From: an uncultured Gemmatimonadales bacterium
GTDB taxonomy: Bacteria; Gemmatimonadota; Gemmatimonadetes; Longimicrobiales; RSA9
Direction: 5' to 3'
NCBI GenBank assembly: GCA_963798085.1
Contig: CAWCRS010000007.1
Coordinates: 1,248,001 to 1,312,000, forward strand
DNA: 64,000 nucleotides
The first letter of the stretch is position 1, and each line of letters begins with the position of its first letter. This document shows, piece by piece, positions 18,709 to 30,148 of the stretch. The notes under the pieces are model-generated. The model saw only the letters and a list, made by a program, of their open reading frames with translations. It was not told where the DNA came from and did no database searches. Both the position numbers and the translations under genes were made by a program.

Positions 18709-19559
18709 ACGCGGTTCAGGTCCATGCCGGCGAAGGTTCGCTGCGTTCGACGGGCGGGCTGATGCTGCACTACCACACGTGGGAAGTGCCGGCAGCACGC
18801 GCGGCCCTGCTGGTGGTACCGGGACTGTCCGACCACGGTCGCCGCTACGCTCGCGTCGGACAGTGGATGGCGGCGCACGACATATCGACGTTCGCGCTGG
18901 ACACACGCGGCAATGGCATGTCCGATGGCCGGCGAGGCCACGTGTCTTCGTTCAGTGTGTTCCTCCAGGACCTCAATCGCTTCCGCCGTGAAGTGCAGGG
19001 TCTGATCGATCCGGGAACGCCCGCCTTCCTGCTGGGCCACTCGATGGGCGGGCTGATGGCACTGCGTTATCTGCAGGAGTACGGCGCCAGCACGTTCGCC
19101 GGCGCGATCCTCGTCTCGCCGTGGCTGGGCACCGCCATGCGCGCGCCCGCCTGGAAAGTGCGCCTCGCCACGACCCTGTCGAAGGTGCTGCCGGCCGCGC
19201 CCTTCCGTGCGCACATTCCGCCGAAGCACCTGTGCCGCGACGCGGAAGTGGTGCGCGCATGGGAGAACGATCCGGCATCGCACGACCGTATCACCCCGCG
19301 ACTGTTCGTCGAGGCCACTACCGGGATGCGACTTGCGTTCCAGCAGGTCGATCGGCTGAACGGTCCGCTGCTCTTCATGCTGGCAGGAGATGATCGCGTC
19401 GCCGACACACGGCAGGCCCTGGCTCTTGCCCGGGCCGTGCCCGACGGGAACGCGACCATCCGAGTCTACGAGGGTTACTACCACGAGGTGCTGTTCGAGC
19501 CGCACGGCGGGGACGCCATGCGCGACCTGGCTGGCTGGCTCGGCAGCAGAATCGACTGA
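18705..19559 (+). CDS. Alpha/beta hydrolase (lysophospholipase/monoglyceride lipase-like)
   Basis: GHSMGG nucleophile elbow, D.RG.G.S.G.RGHV, YEGYYHEV; ATG overlaps the predicted cinA TGA. Confidence 0.88.
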   Translation: MNAVQVHAGEGSLRSTGGLMLHYHTWEVPAARAALLVVPGLSDHGRRYARVGQWMAAHDISTFALDTRGNGMSDGRRGHVSSFSVFLQDLNRFRREVQGLIDPGTPAFLLGHSMGGLMALRYLQEYGASTFAGAILVSPWLGTAMRAPAWKVRLATTLSKVLPAAPFRAHIPPKHLCRDAEVVRAWENDPASHDRITPRLFVEATTGMRLAFQQVDRLNGPLLFMLAGDDRVADTRQALALARAVPDGNATIRVYEGYYHEVLFEPHGGDAMRDLAGWLGSRID

Positions 19560-19675
19560 CTGCCGCGCCAACGGCCCGACAAGGTACGCGAAAATGGCAG
19601 TCCTGCTTGGCCCCCCGCTTGCACTGGAACGGGGGTTCCGCTGACTTTTGCAGGCAGTCCCACGGGAGGGGAAGC

Positions 19676-20299
19676 GTGAAAGCAAAAGGATCCGAGCCCG
19701 GGCGTCAGGCTAACGGGCATGCTCGTGAAGATTTCCCCGCGGCAGGGGAGAGCGCGCCTTCCGCGGCCGAAGGCGAGGCAGCAGCGGAAGGGCTCGCCGA
19801 AGAAGCCGTGGCGGTGGATGCTGCGGTGGTCGCCGAGCTGGAAGCCGCGCTGGAGAACACACGCGCAGAACTGGCGCAGTCGACAGACCGCCTGCTGCGC
19901 ACGGCAGCCGAATTCGACAACTATCGCAAGCGCACGGAACGCGAGAAGCTCGAAGCATGGGGCAGGGCACAGGCGGATATTGTGGCCCGGCTGCTGGACG
20001 CGATCGACGACCTCGAGCGGGTGGCGCACTACGCCGACAGCACGCCCACGGCTGTGCTGCACGAAGGCGTACTGCTCGTCGAGAAGAAGCTGCGCACGGT
20101 GCTGCAGGCGGCCGGACTGGAGCGCATCGAGGCCGAGGGTGAGATGTTCGATCCGGCGGGTATGGAGGCCATCACCACGGCGCCCGCGGAGCATCCCGAG
20201 GAGGAAGACGTGGTGGCCGATGTGCTGCAGCCGGGATACCGCTTCAAGGGGCAGCTGCTGCGGCCGGCACGCGTGCGTGTGAAGAAGTACGAGGCGTGA
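19676..20299 (+). CDS. grpE: Nucleotide exchange factor GrpE
   Basis: [15 protein letters not shown]...EA, QPGY....LLRPARV.V; GTG start with a GGAGGG RBS. Confidence 0.93.
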   Translation: MKAKGSEPGRQANGHAREDFPAAGESAPSAAEGEAAAEGLAEEAVAVDAAVVAELEAALENTRAELAQSTDRLLRTAAEFDNYRKRTEREKLEAWGRAQADIVARLLDAIDDLERVAHYADSTPTAVLHEGVLLVEKKLRTVLQAAGLERIEAEGEMFDPAGMEAITTAPAEHPEEEDVVADVLQPGYRFKGQLLRPARVRVKKYEA

Positions 20300-20303
20300 G
20301 GCG

Positions 20304-21420
20304 ATGGCCACACGATCGAAGGATTACTATCAGACCCTGGGCGTAACCGAATCGGCTTCGCCCGAAGACATCAAGAAGGCCTACCGGCGCCTCGCCAAGC
20401 AGTACCATCCGGACGCGAATCCTAACAATCCGTCAGCGTCCGAACGCTTCAAGGAAGTGGGCGAAGCGTACTCCGTGCTGAGCGACGCGGAGAAGCGCAA
20501 GCAGTACGACCAGAATGCGCAAGCTGGGTCCGTTCGCCGGCTTTGGCGGGTTCGGCAGCGGCTCGCGACCGACCACCGGCCAGACCACGGAGACGCATTT
20601 CAGCTTCGAGGACCTGAGCGACCTCGGTGGCCTGGGTGATCTCTTCGGCTCCTTCTTCGATCGCGGCAAGCGCAAGCGCGGCAGCCGGGGCGAGCCCGCC
20701 CGCGGGCGTGACGTCGAATACGTGGTCGAGATCCCGTTCACGGTGGCAGCGCGCGGCGGCAAGGTGAACATCACCGTGCCTTTCACCGACGACTGCCCGG
20801 TCTGCAACGGCAGCGGCAACGCGCCCGGCACCAAGCCCAGGACCTGTCCCGAGTGCAACGGGAAGGGAACCATATCGTTCGGCCAGGGCGGCTTTGCGGT
20901 GAGCCGGCCCTGTCCCATGTGCCTCGGTCGAGGCCAGATCCCGACGGTGCCGTGCTCACGCTGCGGCGGCAGTGGTCAGATCAGCGAACAGCGACAGATC
21001 CTGCTGACCGTGCCATCGGGCGTCGACACGGGCTCCAAGCTGCGTCTTTCCGGACAGGGCGAGAAGGGGGAAGCCGGCACGCCTGCGGGCGATCTGCTCA
21101 TCACCTTCAAGGTGCAGCCGCACTCGTTCTTCCGGCGCGAGGGCCTGGACGTGCACACGTCGATACCCATCAACATCGCGCAGGCGCTGCTGGGCTCGAA
21201 GGTGCGCGTGAAGACCGTCAATGGGAAGAAGGTCACGCTCAAGATCCCGCCCGGCACGCAGTCCGGGACGCGCTTCCGCATTGCCGGGCAGGGCGTGGAA
21301 AAGGGCGGCCGGCGCGGCGATCAGTACGTGCAGGTGCGCATTGAGGTGCCGGAGAACCTGACGCCCGAGCAGGAAAAGCTGGCGCAGGATTTCGCGAAGT
21401 CGGCGGAGCTGAAGTACTGA
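20304..21420 (+). CDS. dnaJ: Chaperone DnaJ (apparent +1 frameshift near 20514)
   Basis: J domain with HPD in ORF 20304; G/F region, four CxxCxGxG repeats and C-terminal domain in ORF 20515. Confidence 0.93.
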
Positions 21421-21438
21421 AGCGCTGCTAACTACCAG

Positions 21439-22605
21439 TTATGGCGTGTTTTCCGCTGCCGGATGCGGTGCGATGCGGCCGCCACCGGTCAGTTCCTCAG
21501 CGCGATAGATCACGCCGGACTGGCCGGGCGTGACCGCGCGCTGCGGCTGCGCGAAGCGCAGACTGGCCGTGGCCGCGTCGATATGCTCGACCACCGCCTC
21601 CACGGCGGGTGCGCGATGGCGCAGCTGGATGCGCACGATCTCGCCATCCTGCGGTGGCCGGGCGAGCCAGTTCAGGTCGCGCAACGTGACGCTCGCGACT
21701 GCCAGCTCGTCCTTCGTGCCCACCACCACTTCCCGTGTCGCGGGCCTGACGCCCAGCACATAGAGCGGCAGGCCGTGACCGCCGCCCAGGCCGCGACGCT
21801 GGCCCACCGTGTAGCGCGCATAACCGTCGTGTTCGCCCACCACGCGACCGTCACGCGTCACCAGTGCGCCGGGCGCGAGCGCGGCGTGATCATGACCCAG
21901 CCGTGTCGCCAGAAAATCGCCGTAGTCACCCGAGGGCACGAAGCAGATCTCCTGCGATTCCGGTTTGTCCGCCGTGACCAGACCGAGCCGGCGGGCGTAC
22001 GCGCGCACTTCCGGCTTGCCCAGTTCACCCACCGGGAAGCTCAGGCTGGCCACCACCGCACGCGGCAGGCCCCACAGGAAATAGCTCTGGTCCTTGGCCC
22101 GGTCGCGGCCGCGCAGGATGCGAACATCACTGTTCGCAGATCGCTGCACCCGCGCGTAGTGGCCCGTGGCAATGACGCGAGCGCCGAAGGCACGGCCGCG
22201 GCGCAGCAGGTCGGGAATCTTCGTGTTGGAGTTGCAGCGCACGCAGGGGTTGGGCGTGCGGCCGGCGACGTACTCGGTCACGAAATCGTCGATCACGTCC
22301 TGCGTGAACGATTCCTCCATGTCGAAGACGTAGTGCGGAATACCGAGGCGGTCCGCGACGCGGCGGGCATCCATGATGCCGTCCAGCCCGCAGCACGTGC
22401 GCGCGTGCGCCTTCGTGCCCGAGTAGCAGAACGTCTTCATGGTCACACCCACCACCGTGTGACCCTGCTCCACGAGCAGAGCCGCCGCCACGGAGGAATC
22501 GACGCCGCCCGACATGGCGACCAGTACCGGATGCGGCTCCACGGGCTGCGTGACTCGAGTCTCGGCGACTGCGATTCCCGTGCGCTGCCCGTCTGGCGGC
22601 TGCAT
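21439..22605 (-). CDS. mnmA: tRNA 2-thiouridine(34) synthase MnmA
   Basis: [52 protein letters not shown]. Confidence 0.97.
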   Translation of the reverse strand: MQPPDGQRTGIAVAETRVTQPVEPHPVLVAMSGGVDSSVAAALLVEQGHTVVGVTMKTFCYSGTKAHARTCCGLDGIMDARRVADRLGIPHYVFDMEESFTQDVIDDFVTEYVAGRTPNPCVRCNSNTKIPDLLRRGRAFGARVIATGHYARVQRSANSDVRILRGRDRAKDQSYFLWGLPRAVVASLSFPVGELGKPEVRAYARRLGLVTADKPESQEICFVPSGDYGDFLATRLGHDHAALAPGALVTRDGRVVGEHDGYARYTVGQRRGLGGGHGLPLYVLGVRPATREVVVGTKDELAVASVTLRDLNWLARPPQDGEIVRIQLRHRAPAVEAVVEHIDAATASLRFAQPQRAVTPGQSGVIYRAEELTGGGRIAPHPAAENTP

Positions 22606-23747
22606 TAGACGAGGGCGAGGACGCGGCCGGCGACGGCGGGCAGCACGTCGATCGCGCGATCCACATCGGCGACCTTCGTCGTGCGGCCCAGTGACAGGCG
22701 GATGGAAGCGCCGTGCGCCAGCACGCGGCCCATTGCGGCTAACACGTGGCTTGGTTCTGCCGCCCCGCTCTGGCAGGCGGAGGCGACGGACACCGCGATG
22801 CCCTCGAGGTCGAGCGCCACCAGCAGTGCCTCCTGGTCCACGTCGGGAATGGAAACGTGGAGGATGTGAGGCAGGCGAGTCGCCTTGCCGCCGTTCACCA
22901 CCAGACCCGGTACGCGCTCGGCCAGCGCCAGCTCCAGCCGGTCACGCAGGTCCGCGAGCCGTTTCGCCTCATGCTCCTGTTCCGACGCGGCCAGCTCCGC
23001 CGCCAACGCCAGGCCCACCGCGCCGGCGACATTCTCGGTGCCGGGTCGAAGATGGTGCTCCTGGCCGCCGCCGTGCTCCAGCGCGGCCAGTGCGACACCG
23101 TCACGCCGGAACAGCACGCCCGTGCCCTTCGGTCCACCGAACTTGTGCGCGCTGAGGGAGAGCATGTCGCAGGGCGTCTCGTCCACGCGCACGCGCACCT
23201 TGCCGAATGCCTGGACCGCGTCGCTGTGAAAGGGGACCGATGCGGCGCGGCAGCGTCCACCGATCTCGCCGACCGGCTGCAGTGTGCCTACCTCGTTGTT
23301 GCCCCACATCACGCTGACCACACATGGATGCAAGGAGAGCGCTTCGTCCAGCAGGCCCGGATCGACGCGACCCTCCGTGTCCACGCCGAGCAGCATCAGC
23401 GGCGCGCCTTCGCGGTGAGCCGCCCCCGCCGCGAGCAGCACGGCCTTGTGCTCGATCGCCGAGCAGACGACCGCCGCATCGGGCCGGTTCGCGCCACGCC
23501 AGGCGCCGAGGATCGCGAGGTTGTCGGACTCCGTGCCGCAGCCCGTGAACAGGATTTCCGCGCGGCTCGCCCCCAGCACCGCCGCCACCCGCTCCCTCGA
23601 CTCTTCCAGCGCCGCCCTCGCCTCGCGACCCCAGCGATGCGAACTGGAAGGGTTGCCGAAACACTCGCTGAGCAGCGGCTCCATGGCGGCCCGCACTTCC
23701 GGCCGCACCGGCGTCGTCGCCGCATTGTCGAGGTAGATCGGCTGCAC
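22605..23747 (-). CDS. iscS: Cysteine desulfurase (NifS/IscS type)
   Basis: [35 protein letters not shown]-coupled to mnmA. Confidence 0.92.
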   Translation of the reverse strand: MQPIYLDNAATTPVRPEVRAAMEPLLSECFGNPSSSHRWGREARAALEESRERVAAVLGASRAEILFTGCGTESDNLAILGAWRGANRPDAAVVCSAIEHKAVLLAAGAAHREGAPLMLLGVDTEGRVDPGLLDEALSLHPCVVSVMWGNNEVGTLQPVGEIGGRCRAASVPFHSDAVQAFGKVRVRVDETPCDMLSLSAHKFGGPKGTGVLFRRDGVALAALEHGGGQEHHLRPGTENVAGAVGLALAAELAASEQEHEAKRLADLRDRLELALAERVPGLVVNGGKATRLPHILHVSIPDVDQEALLVALDLEGIAVSVASACQSGAAEPSHVLAAMGRVLAHGASIRLSLGRTTKVADVDRAIDVLPAVAGRVLALV

Positions 23748-23858
23748 GCAGAACCTCCCGGGACTGGACGCTGTTGCCTTGCGGGCGAGCGGTCGGCGGG
23801 GGCGGTAACAGGCCTGTGACTCTGGCAGCCCCCGCCGGCCGCGGGTAAATTACCCCGC

Positions 23859-24200
23859 ATGGGACGCTCCGCACCACCGCCGCTCCCTCCCTTTTCCGCG
23901 CCCCGGTTCCGCGCCACAGTGCACGGTACGGTCTTCTGCGACCGGTCGGCCCAGCTGGCGCGAATCCAGGAAGGCGACGAATTGGTCATCATCCCCGGCC
24001 CGCCACTCGACGATCAACCCGGTGTCTGGGTACATCTGCCCGGAGGCGACCTCATCGGCCACCTCCCACCCGAAATCGAAGCCTGGCTGTCACCCTGGAT
24101 GCTGCGCGGCGGCCGCGCGACTGCTCGCGCCGTCCGCGTCGCCGGCACCGAAGTCCCCAGCTGGCGACGACTCGTAATTGAGGTCAGCTGTTCGGCGTAG
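23859..24200 (+). CDS. Stand-alone HIRAN domain protein
   Basis: TVHGTVF..R...L..I..GD.L..IP...D...V.V...G..IGHLP....A.L matches the HIRAN pattern. Confidence 0.7.
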   Translation: MGRSAPPPLPPFSAPRFRATVHGTVFCDRSAQLARIQEGDELVIIPGPPLDDQPGVWVHLPGGDLIGHLPPEIEAWLSPWMLRGGRATARAVRVAGTEVPSWRRLVIEVSCSA

Positions 24201-24465
24201 AACGGATCGGACTGCGTTGCTGGGGCTGGTTGCTCGGGAACGACCGTCGCGGACACACAGGCGTTGCCGGGTCGGCAACTGCTGAACCGGACGAAGGCCA
24301 CACCGGAGGCGAGCGCCGGCAGCCAGTCGCCTTCACGCGCCTAACCCTTGGTTATTCAATACACCGGTAGCCGGCTCCAGCAGCCAGCCTGAGCACCGCT
24401 TTTCAATCCGGTCCCCAGCAACCTGCCCCAGCAACCAGCCCCAGAAACGCCGTCGGAATCCGTTC
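24200..24465. repeat. Intergenic region bounded by about 39-bp imperfect inverted repeats built from a 13-mer (GGTTGCTGGGGCT)
   Basis: Left gaacggatcggactgcgttgctggggctggttgctcggg; right ccccagcaacctg-ccccagcaaccag-ccccagaaacgccgtcggaatccgttc. Confidence 0.8.
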
Positions 24466-24466
24466 C

Positions 24467-25183
24467 TCAGATGCTGTTGACCTCGAGTCCGACGACGTCA
24501 TCGACGCGCAGGGTTTCACGGATCCAGTAGGGTTCGCCGAAAGGGCGGCGGATGAAGGAGCCGTAGTGCGCGGCGTGGATGCGGACCTGGTCATAGAGCG
24601 AGCGCTCGCCGCCACCGAACACATCGCCCACCGCAATCCTGCCATCGAACTGGGAACCGTAGGCGCGGATCGCTTCCACCTTGCGGTCGATCTGCTCCGT
24701 GATGTCGACGACGAAGCTGGGCTGCAGCGCTTCTTCGCGGAACGACATTGAGTAGATCACCTTCGCGGGTCGGTGAGGTGTGCCTTCGACGGGTGCGCGC
24801 GAGAGGCCTGCGACGAAGCAGGCATCCCATCCCAGCTGGGAGGCCACGCGGTGATCCGGGTGGCGGCCTTCCGGATAATGCAGGATCACGGTGCGCGGGC
24901 GCAGGCGCCGGATCAGGCCTGCCACGATGGCCCTGGCCTCGGGCGTGTTCTGCAGTGCGCCATCGGGCAGGCCCGCCGTCAGCCGCTCGGCGAGGTTGAG
25001 GATGCGCGTTGCGGCTTCCGCTTCCACACGACGCTGCGCGGCACTGCCCGCCGAGCCGCGTTCGCCGCCCGTCAGATCGATGACCGCGGTCGAGTGCCCC
25101 TGATCGGCAGCGCGCAGCAGCACACCGCCGCAAAGCAGCTCGGCATCATCAGGGTGCGCCATGATGGCAACGAGATCGGCCAT
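24467..25183 (-). CDS. bshB1: PIG-L family deacetylase, BshB1-like (bacillithiol biosynthesis)
   Basis: AHPDDAEL, DLT.GE.GS.G, RHPDH, VVDIT....K..AI.AY.SQF. Confidence 0.85.
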   Translation of the reverse strand: MADLVAIMAHPDDAELLCGGVLLRAADQGHSTAVIDLTGGERGSAGSAAQRRVEAEAATRILNLAERLTAGLPDGALQNTPEARAIVAGLIRRLRPRTVILHYPEGRHPDHRVASQLGWDACFVAGLSRAPVEGTPHRPAKVIYSMSFREEALQPSFVVDITEQIDRKVEAIRAYGSQFDGRIAVGDVFGGGERSLYDQVRIHAAHYGSFIRRPFGEPYWIRETLRVDDVVGLEVNSI

Positions 25184-25295
25184 GATCGTACGCTTGTCAG
25201 GTCAGTGTGGAGCTTCACGGGATACCGCCGGCGCGAAGGCGCGCCGGCTGACCAACTCCTGCACAGTCGACGCAGTTCCCTGGCGCCGCACCCAC

Positions 25296-26534
25296 CTACT
25301 CGTAGCGCAGTGCCGCCACCGGGTCGAGATGCGAGGCCTTCCACGCCGGCCAGAGGCCGAACGCGATGCCGGCGATCGCCGCCATGGTGAGTGCCGCGAC
25401 AATGGCCGGAATGGGCACGGCCGCAGGAATGGGCGACACGGCCGCGATGAGGAATGCCGTGCCCGCGCCGAACGCCATGCCGATGGCGCTGCCGATAACG
25501 GTCAGCGTCATGGCTTCGAAGAGGAACTGCCAGAGGATCTCGTGGCGCGTGGCGCCGATCGCCTTGCGGATGCCGATCTCACGGGTGCGTTCGGTCACCG
25601 CGATCATCATGACCGCGATCACCCCGACGCCGCCCACCATGAGGGCGACCGACGACAGGGCGATCATGATGACGAAGAACGCGGCCGTGAAGCGATTGAA
25701 GGTCTCCACCATCTGCTCCTGCTTCACGACCGCGAAGTTGTTGTCTTCGACCGGGCGCAGACCGCGCGACGTGCGGAGCAGGGTAATAACCTGATCGATG
25801 GCGACGTCCTGCGAGGCGATGGGCGACGTGACCACAAACACGCCGAGCATGCCGTCCCAGGCGTTCAAGTGCTTGATGGCCGAAGTGTAGGGCATGATGG
25901 CCATGTTCTTCTGCAGGCTCGAGAAGATGGTCTCGGCCATACGCATCACACCGATCACCTCGAAAGGCACGCCGTTGATGCGGATGGTGCGGCCAATGGG
26001 TTCGAGCGAGCCAAACAGCGTGGTAGCCAGATTATCCGAGATCAGCACGACGCGATTGGCGGAGCGCACGTCATTGGCCAGCATGTCGTGGCCGGAGAGA
26101 ATGGTGGCGTGCGTGAAGGCGCCCCAGCCCTGCTCCCGCCCGGCGATGGACACGCCCGGCAGCCGCTGCGTGCCGAACGTGAACTCGCCGTTCAGGTCCA
26201 GCCCCACGACAGTGCGTTTGATGGCGGGCAGCTGACCGATGGCGTGCGCTTCCTCCACTGTCACCCTGGGATTGTTGCCCCAGGGAGGACCATGGCGGGG
26301 CCCGGTGATGCGCACATCGTTGATGTTGAAACGGCCGACGTAGAAGTTGCTGGCGCCGGCCGCGTCGAACTCGGCCAGGATGGTCGAGCGGATGCCGGTG
26401 ATCATGGCGCTGATGGTCATGACCGTGGCCACGCCGACGACGATGCCGAGAATGGTGAGGCCGGAGCGGAAGCGATTGTTGCGCAGCTGCTCCAGCGCGA
26501 GGCGGGCGCCTTCCTGAAAGCTCTCGATGCGCAT
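25296..26534 (-). CDS. MacB-like ABC transporter permease
   Basis: RS.LTILGIVVGV, VGGVGV..M..AVTERTREIGIRKAIGA, LDPV.ALRYE. Confidence 0.93.
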   Translation of the reverse strand: MRIESFQEGARLALEQLRNNRFRSGLTILGIVVGVATVMTISAMITGIRSTILAEFDAAGASNFYVGRFNINDVRITGPRHGPPWGNNPRVTVEEAHAIGQLPAIKRTVVGLDLNGEFTFGTQRLPGVSIAGREQGWGAFTHATILSGHDMLANDVRSANRVVLISDNLATTLFGSLEPIGRTIRINGVPFEVIGVMRMAETIFSSLQKNMAIMPYTSAIKHLNAWDGMLGVFVVTSPIASQDVAIDQVITLLRTSRGLRPVEDNNFAVVKQEQMVETFNRFTAAFFVIMIALSSVALMVGGVGVIAVMMIAVTERTREIGIRKAIGATRHEILWQFLFEAMTLTVIGSAIGMAFGAGTAFLIAAVSPIPAAVPIPAIVAALTMAAIAGIAFGLWPAWKASHLDPVAALRYE

Positions 26535-26536
26535 GA

Positions 26537-27779
26537 CTATTCCGCGCGCAGTGCGACCACGGGATCCATGCGGGCCGCGCGCGCCGCGGGGTAGAGACCC
26601 GCCAGCACGCCCACGCCTACACCCATGACCACGGACAGGATGATCCAGGTGGGTGCAATGGCGGCGGGCAGGGGCGAGACAGCGCGCACGATCTGGGCGA
26701 GGACGATGCCAATGATGATGCCGATGGTGGCGCCCATTCCGGCGAGGGCGGCCGATTCGATCAGCACCTGCAAATGGATGTCGCTGCGCCGCGCGCCAAT
26801 GGCCTTGCGGACGCCGATCTCGTGTGTGCGCTCGGTGACCGACACGAGCATGATATTCATGATACGATGCCGCCCACCACCAGCGCGATAGCCACCAGTC
26901 CGGGGAACGCCACCAGAAGGATGCGGCTTATGCGTTGCCAGAAATCGATGGCGACCTTCAGCCGTGTCGATGGCGAAATCGTTTTCATGCGCGGCGGCGC
27001 AGCCGGTGACGCACGCGCATGGTCGACTCGATGTCGAGCAAGCGCGGTCCATGTCCTGCTCGCGGTTCACGCGCACCATGATGGCGCCACGATGCCGTGC
27101 GGATTGACGAGCGTGCCATGAGCCGAGTGCGCGGGCGCCACCGCATAATTGTCGAGTGACATGCCGAGCAGCGTGCCCCTCTTCTCCAGCACGCCCACGA
27201 CGGTGAACGGCGTGTGCTGTCGACCTTCACCATGCGGCCGACGGATCGAGGTGGCGAACAGGTTTGTCGGCGCGTCTCCCAGCCCAGCACGATGACCGGC
27301 GCACCGGCCCGATCCTCGGACGGGGAAAACGGGCGACCGGCCACCAGGTTGTAGTTGCGGATACGGAACATCTCCGGTGACGCCGCGATGAGCTGCACGT
27401 TCTCGACCTCAGTGCCGGTCTCGCTGACCAGGTGGCCGCCGACTGGCTGAATACGCCCACCAGTCCCGGACACCGAGAGGTTCTGGCGAACGGCATCGGC
27501 GTCGGCAAAACGCAGGGGCGGCCGACGCTGATAGTCGCGGCGGTCATCCTTGTTGGCGCTGACGTCGAATTCGGGCGTGCGCGCCAGGGTAGCGTGTTGA
27601 TGCCGAACACGGCATTGGCGAAGTCGTGCTCGATGTAGCGGTTCATGCCCTCGACCACGCTGAGCCACGGTGATCAGGAACATGACGCCGATGATGACGC
27701 CGACGACGGAGAAGAAGCTCTTCAGCTTCTGCGTCCGGATCTGCAGCAGGGCGAGGCGGACGCCCTCGCGGGCGTTCAT
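26537..27779 (-). CDS. MacB-like ABC transporter permease (several frameshifts, probably assembly errors)
   Basis: N-terminus KLKSFFSVVGVIIGVMFLITV; C-terminus IMNIMLVSVTERTHEIGVRKAIGA...MDPVVALRAE; coding is split over at least 4 frames. Confidence 0.85.
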
Positions 27780-27783
27780 GGCA

Positions 27784-28495
27784 TCAGACGAGGGCGGGCG
27801 CGTCGCGACGCACGTCGCTGGCGATCACGCCATCCTTCAGCGTGACGGCGCGGTGCGCACGTTCCGCGATGTCATGCTCGTGCGTGACCAGCACAATGGT
27901 CTGGCCCTCCACATGCAGCTGGTCCAGTACGTTCATGATTTCCGAGCTCGTCTGGCTGTCCAGGTTGCCGGTGGGCTCGTCTGCGAGCAGCAGGGCAGGC
28001 ACGTTGATGAGGGCACGCGCAATGGCCACGCGCTGGCGCTGTCCGCCCGACAGCTCGGAGGGCCTGTGATTCATGCGCTCGCCCAGACCCACGCGATCCA
28101 GCATCTCGGCGCGCGCGGCGACGCCGCTCCTTGGCGCCCACGCCGCCATAGATCAGCGGTAACTCGACGTTATGGAGCGCCGTGGCGCGCGGCAGCAGAT
28201 TGAAGGTCTGGAAGACGAAGCCGATCTCGCGGTTGCGGATGCGCGCCAGCTCGTTGTCGCTGCGCCGGGAAACCGGCTGCCCGTTGAGCCAGTACTCCCC
28301 GCCCGAGGGCGTGTCGAGGCAGCCGATCAGGTTCATGAACGTGGACTTGCCCGAGCCGGATGGGCCCATGATGGCGACGTATTCATTGGGGTTCACGACC
28401 AGGTCGACACCGCGCAGAGCGTGCACGGTCTCGGAGCCCAGCTGATAATCCTTTGTCAGTCTCTCCGTCCGGATGACGGCCGTCAGTTCACTCAT
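27784..28495 (-). CDS. ABC transporter ATP-binding protein (LolD/MacB-like; frameshift near 28115)
   Basis: [19 protein letters not shown] in one frame; [29 protein letters not shown] in the next. Confidence 0.92.
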
Positions 28496-28502
28496 GATCT
28501 GT

Positions 28503-29816
28503 TCAACCACCCGTTGTTCGGTTGCTGGCCGCGGTACGGCCAGTGCTGTTGGCGTCCGGCATTCTGCGGACGACATCGCCGTCGTGCAGCGTACGAATCG
28601 CATCATAGGGGCCGGCCACCACGGAATCACCCGGGTTCAGGCCGGACACCACTTCGAAGTGCTCGCGTCCGGAAATACCGATCTGGACGGGCACGAAATG
28701 CGCCTTGCCGTCACGCACCACGAAAACGCCCTCGATGTCGTTCGTGGGCTGTGTGGCGCCCTGCGCCGCGGCTCTCGCCTGCGGATCCTCCTGCGGCAGG
28801 ACACGCACGTCACCGCGCTCGCGTACCGTCAGCGCGATGATGGGTATGGACAGCACATCCCTGCGCGTGTCCGTCACTACATCCGCCGTGGCGGAGAGAT
28901 CGGGCCGCAGCGTGGGCGGCGGCTGCACCAGCCGGATCACTACCTCGAAGTCCACCGCCTGGCCCTGGCCTGCGCCCGTACCGGGCGAATTCTCATCCGG
29001 CGGCCGGACCGAGCTGTGCGACACTTCCGTCACGCGACCCACGAACTTCTGCTTGGGGAACGCGTCAATACTGATCTGCGCGCTATCGCCCAGCTGGATC
29101 TCCGGCACATCGGTTTCATCCACCCGCACCACCGCTTCCATCACGGACAGGTCGGCAATGGTGAGCAGCAGACTGCCGGAGTTGTTCATGGTGCCGACAA
29201 TCGCCGTTTCGCCCTCCTCGACCTTGAGGCGGGTAATTGTGCCATTCATGGCCGCGCGGATCACCGTCTTGCTCAGCTGGTCGAGCGCTTCGTTCAATGA
29301 CGCCCTTGCCTGCAGCGTGCCGTACTGCGCCGCTTCCAGCAGCTGCTTCTGCACGGTCACCTGCGTCTCGGCCTCTTCCAGCGCCTGCCGGCTCACGAGC
29401 ACGGTGTCCACGCCTGCAAGTTGACGCGTTCGGTCCGCATTCCGTTGGGCCTGAATGTAGTTCGCGTTGCTCTGCGCCTCCCTCGCCTGCGCCTCGCTGA
29501 GGGCACCGCGCGAACGCTCGACAGCCGCCTCGTACTGGCTGGGATCGATGCGCAGCAGCGTATCGCCGCGGTGCACACGCTGTCCTTCCACGACACGCAG
29601 ATCGATGACGCGGCCCATGATGTCCGACTGCACATCCACCTTGCGATTCGGCCGGATCCAGCCACTCGCGTTCACGACCGAGACCAAGTCGCGGCGCTGC
29701 GCCGGCTCGACGCGCACCTGCACACCCTTGGGACGACGCACCACGATGATCAATGGTACGGCGACGATCGTGAGCAGGATGGCGAACCCGATGCCGAACT
29801 TTGCCCCTCTACCCAT
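28503..29816 (-). CDS. Efflux periplasmic adaptor subunit (MacA/HlyD family)
   Basis: N-terminal TM; lipoyl half-motifs [14 protein letters not shown] and [26 protein letters not shown]. Confidence 0.93.
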   Translation of the reverse strand: MGRGAKFGIGFAILLTIVAVPLIIVVRRPKGVQVRVEPAQRRDLVSVVNASGWIRPNRKVDVQSDIMGRVIDLRVVEGQRVHRGDTLLRIDPSQYEAAVERSRGALSEAQAREAQSNANYIQAQRNADRTRQLAGVDTVLVSRQALEEAETQVTVQKQLLEAAQYGTLQARASLNEALDQLSKTVIRAAMNGTITRLKVEEGETAIVGTMNNSGSLLLTIADLSVMEAVVRVDETDVPEIQLGDSAQISIDAFPKQKFVGRVTEVSHSSVRPPDENSPGTGAGQGQAVDFEVVIRLVQPPPTLRPDLSATADVVTDTRRDVLSIPIIALTVRERGDVRVLPQEDPQARAAAQGATQPTNDIEGVFVVRDGKAHFVPVQIGISGREHFEVVSGLNPGDSVVAGPYDAIRTLHDGDVVRRMPDANSTGRTAASNRTTGG

Positions 29817-30058
29817 TCAGAATCTTCCTCGCTGGCGAATGAAAGCTCCGACCGCCCTTTCCCTGCGCCCCGGCGGTGCGGAACGGCGGCGCTGGTGCCC
29901 GGCCCGTGCCGCCCCGCACCGGCACGGCACCGCGCCCCAATGCAGGAAACGGCGGCCCACGCGGGCCGCGAACACGGATGTTCGCAGCGCCGAACGCCTG
30001 GGAAGCGGCCGGATACCGCCTCCGGAAACTGTGAGCGAGGGCCTTGCGCCGGTGACCG

Positions 30059-30085
30059 TACGACAGCCCGCAACCGGCAGTTTCG
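30059..30085 (-). promoter_or_regulatory. Putative ECF-sigma promoter for the MacAB-like operon
   Basis: Minus strand CGAAAC-17 nt-CGTA. Confidence 0.45.
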
Positions 30086-30148
30086 CGCGCCGGCCGCAGT
30101 CACGAACACTGTGCATGGGTGGCACGCCGAGGCGGCGCGGCAGTCGCA

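Noticed and set aside
17262..19559. 765-aa CinA-alpha/beta-hydrolase fusion in the ORF track
   Set aside because: Removing one A near 18674 gives a normal CinA end and an ATGA overlap with a separate hydrolase gene; likely an artefact
19595..19650. CIRCE element upstream of grpE-dnaJ
   Set aside because: cttgcactg-N9-ttccgctga matches the left arm only partly and the right arm poorly
24375..24450. CRISPR array
   Set aside because: Units are 13 bp and tandem, with no spacers and no cas genes
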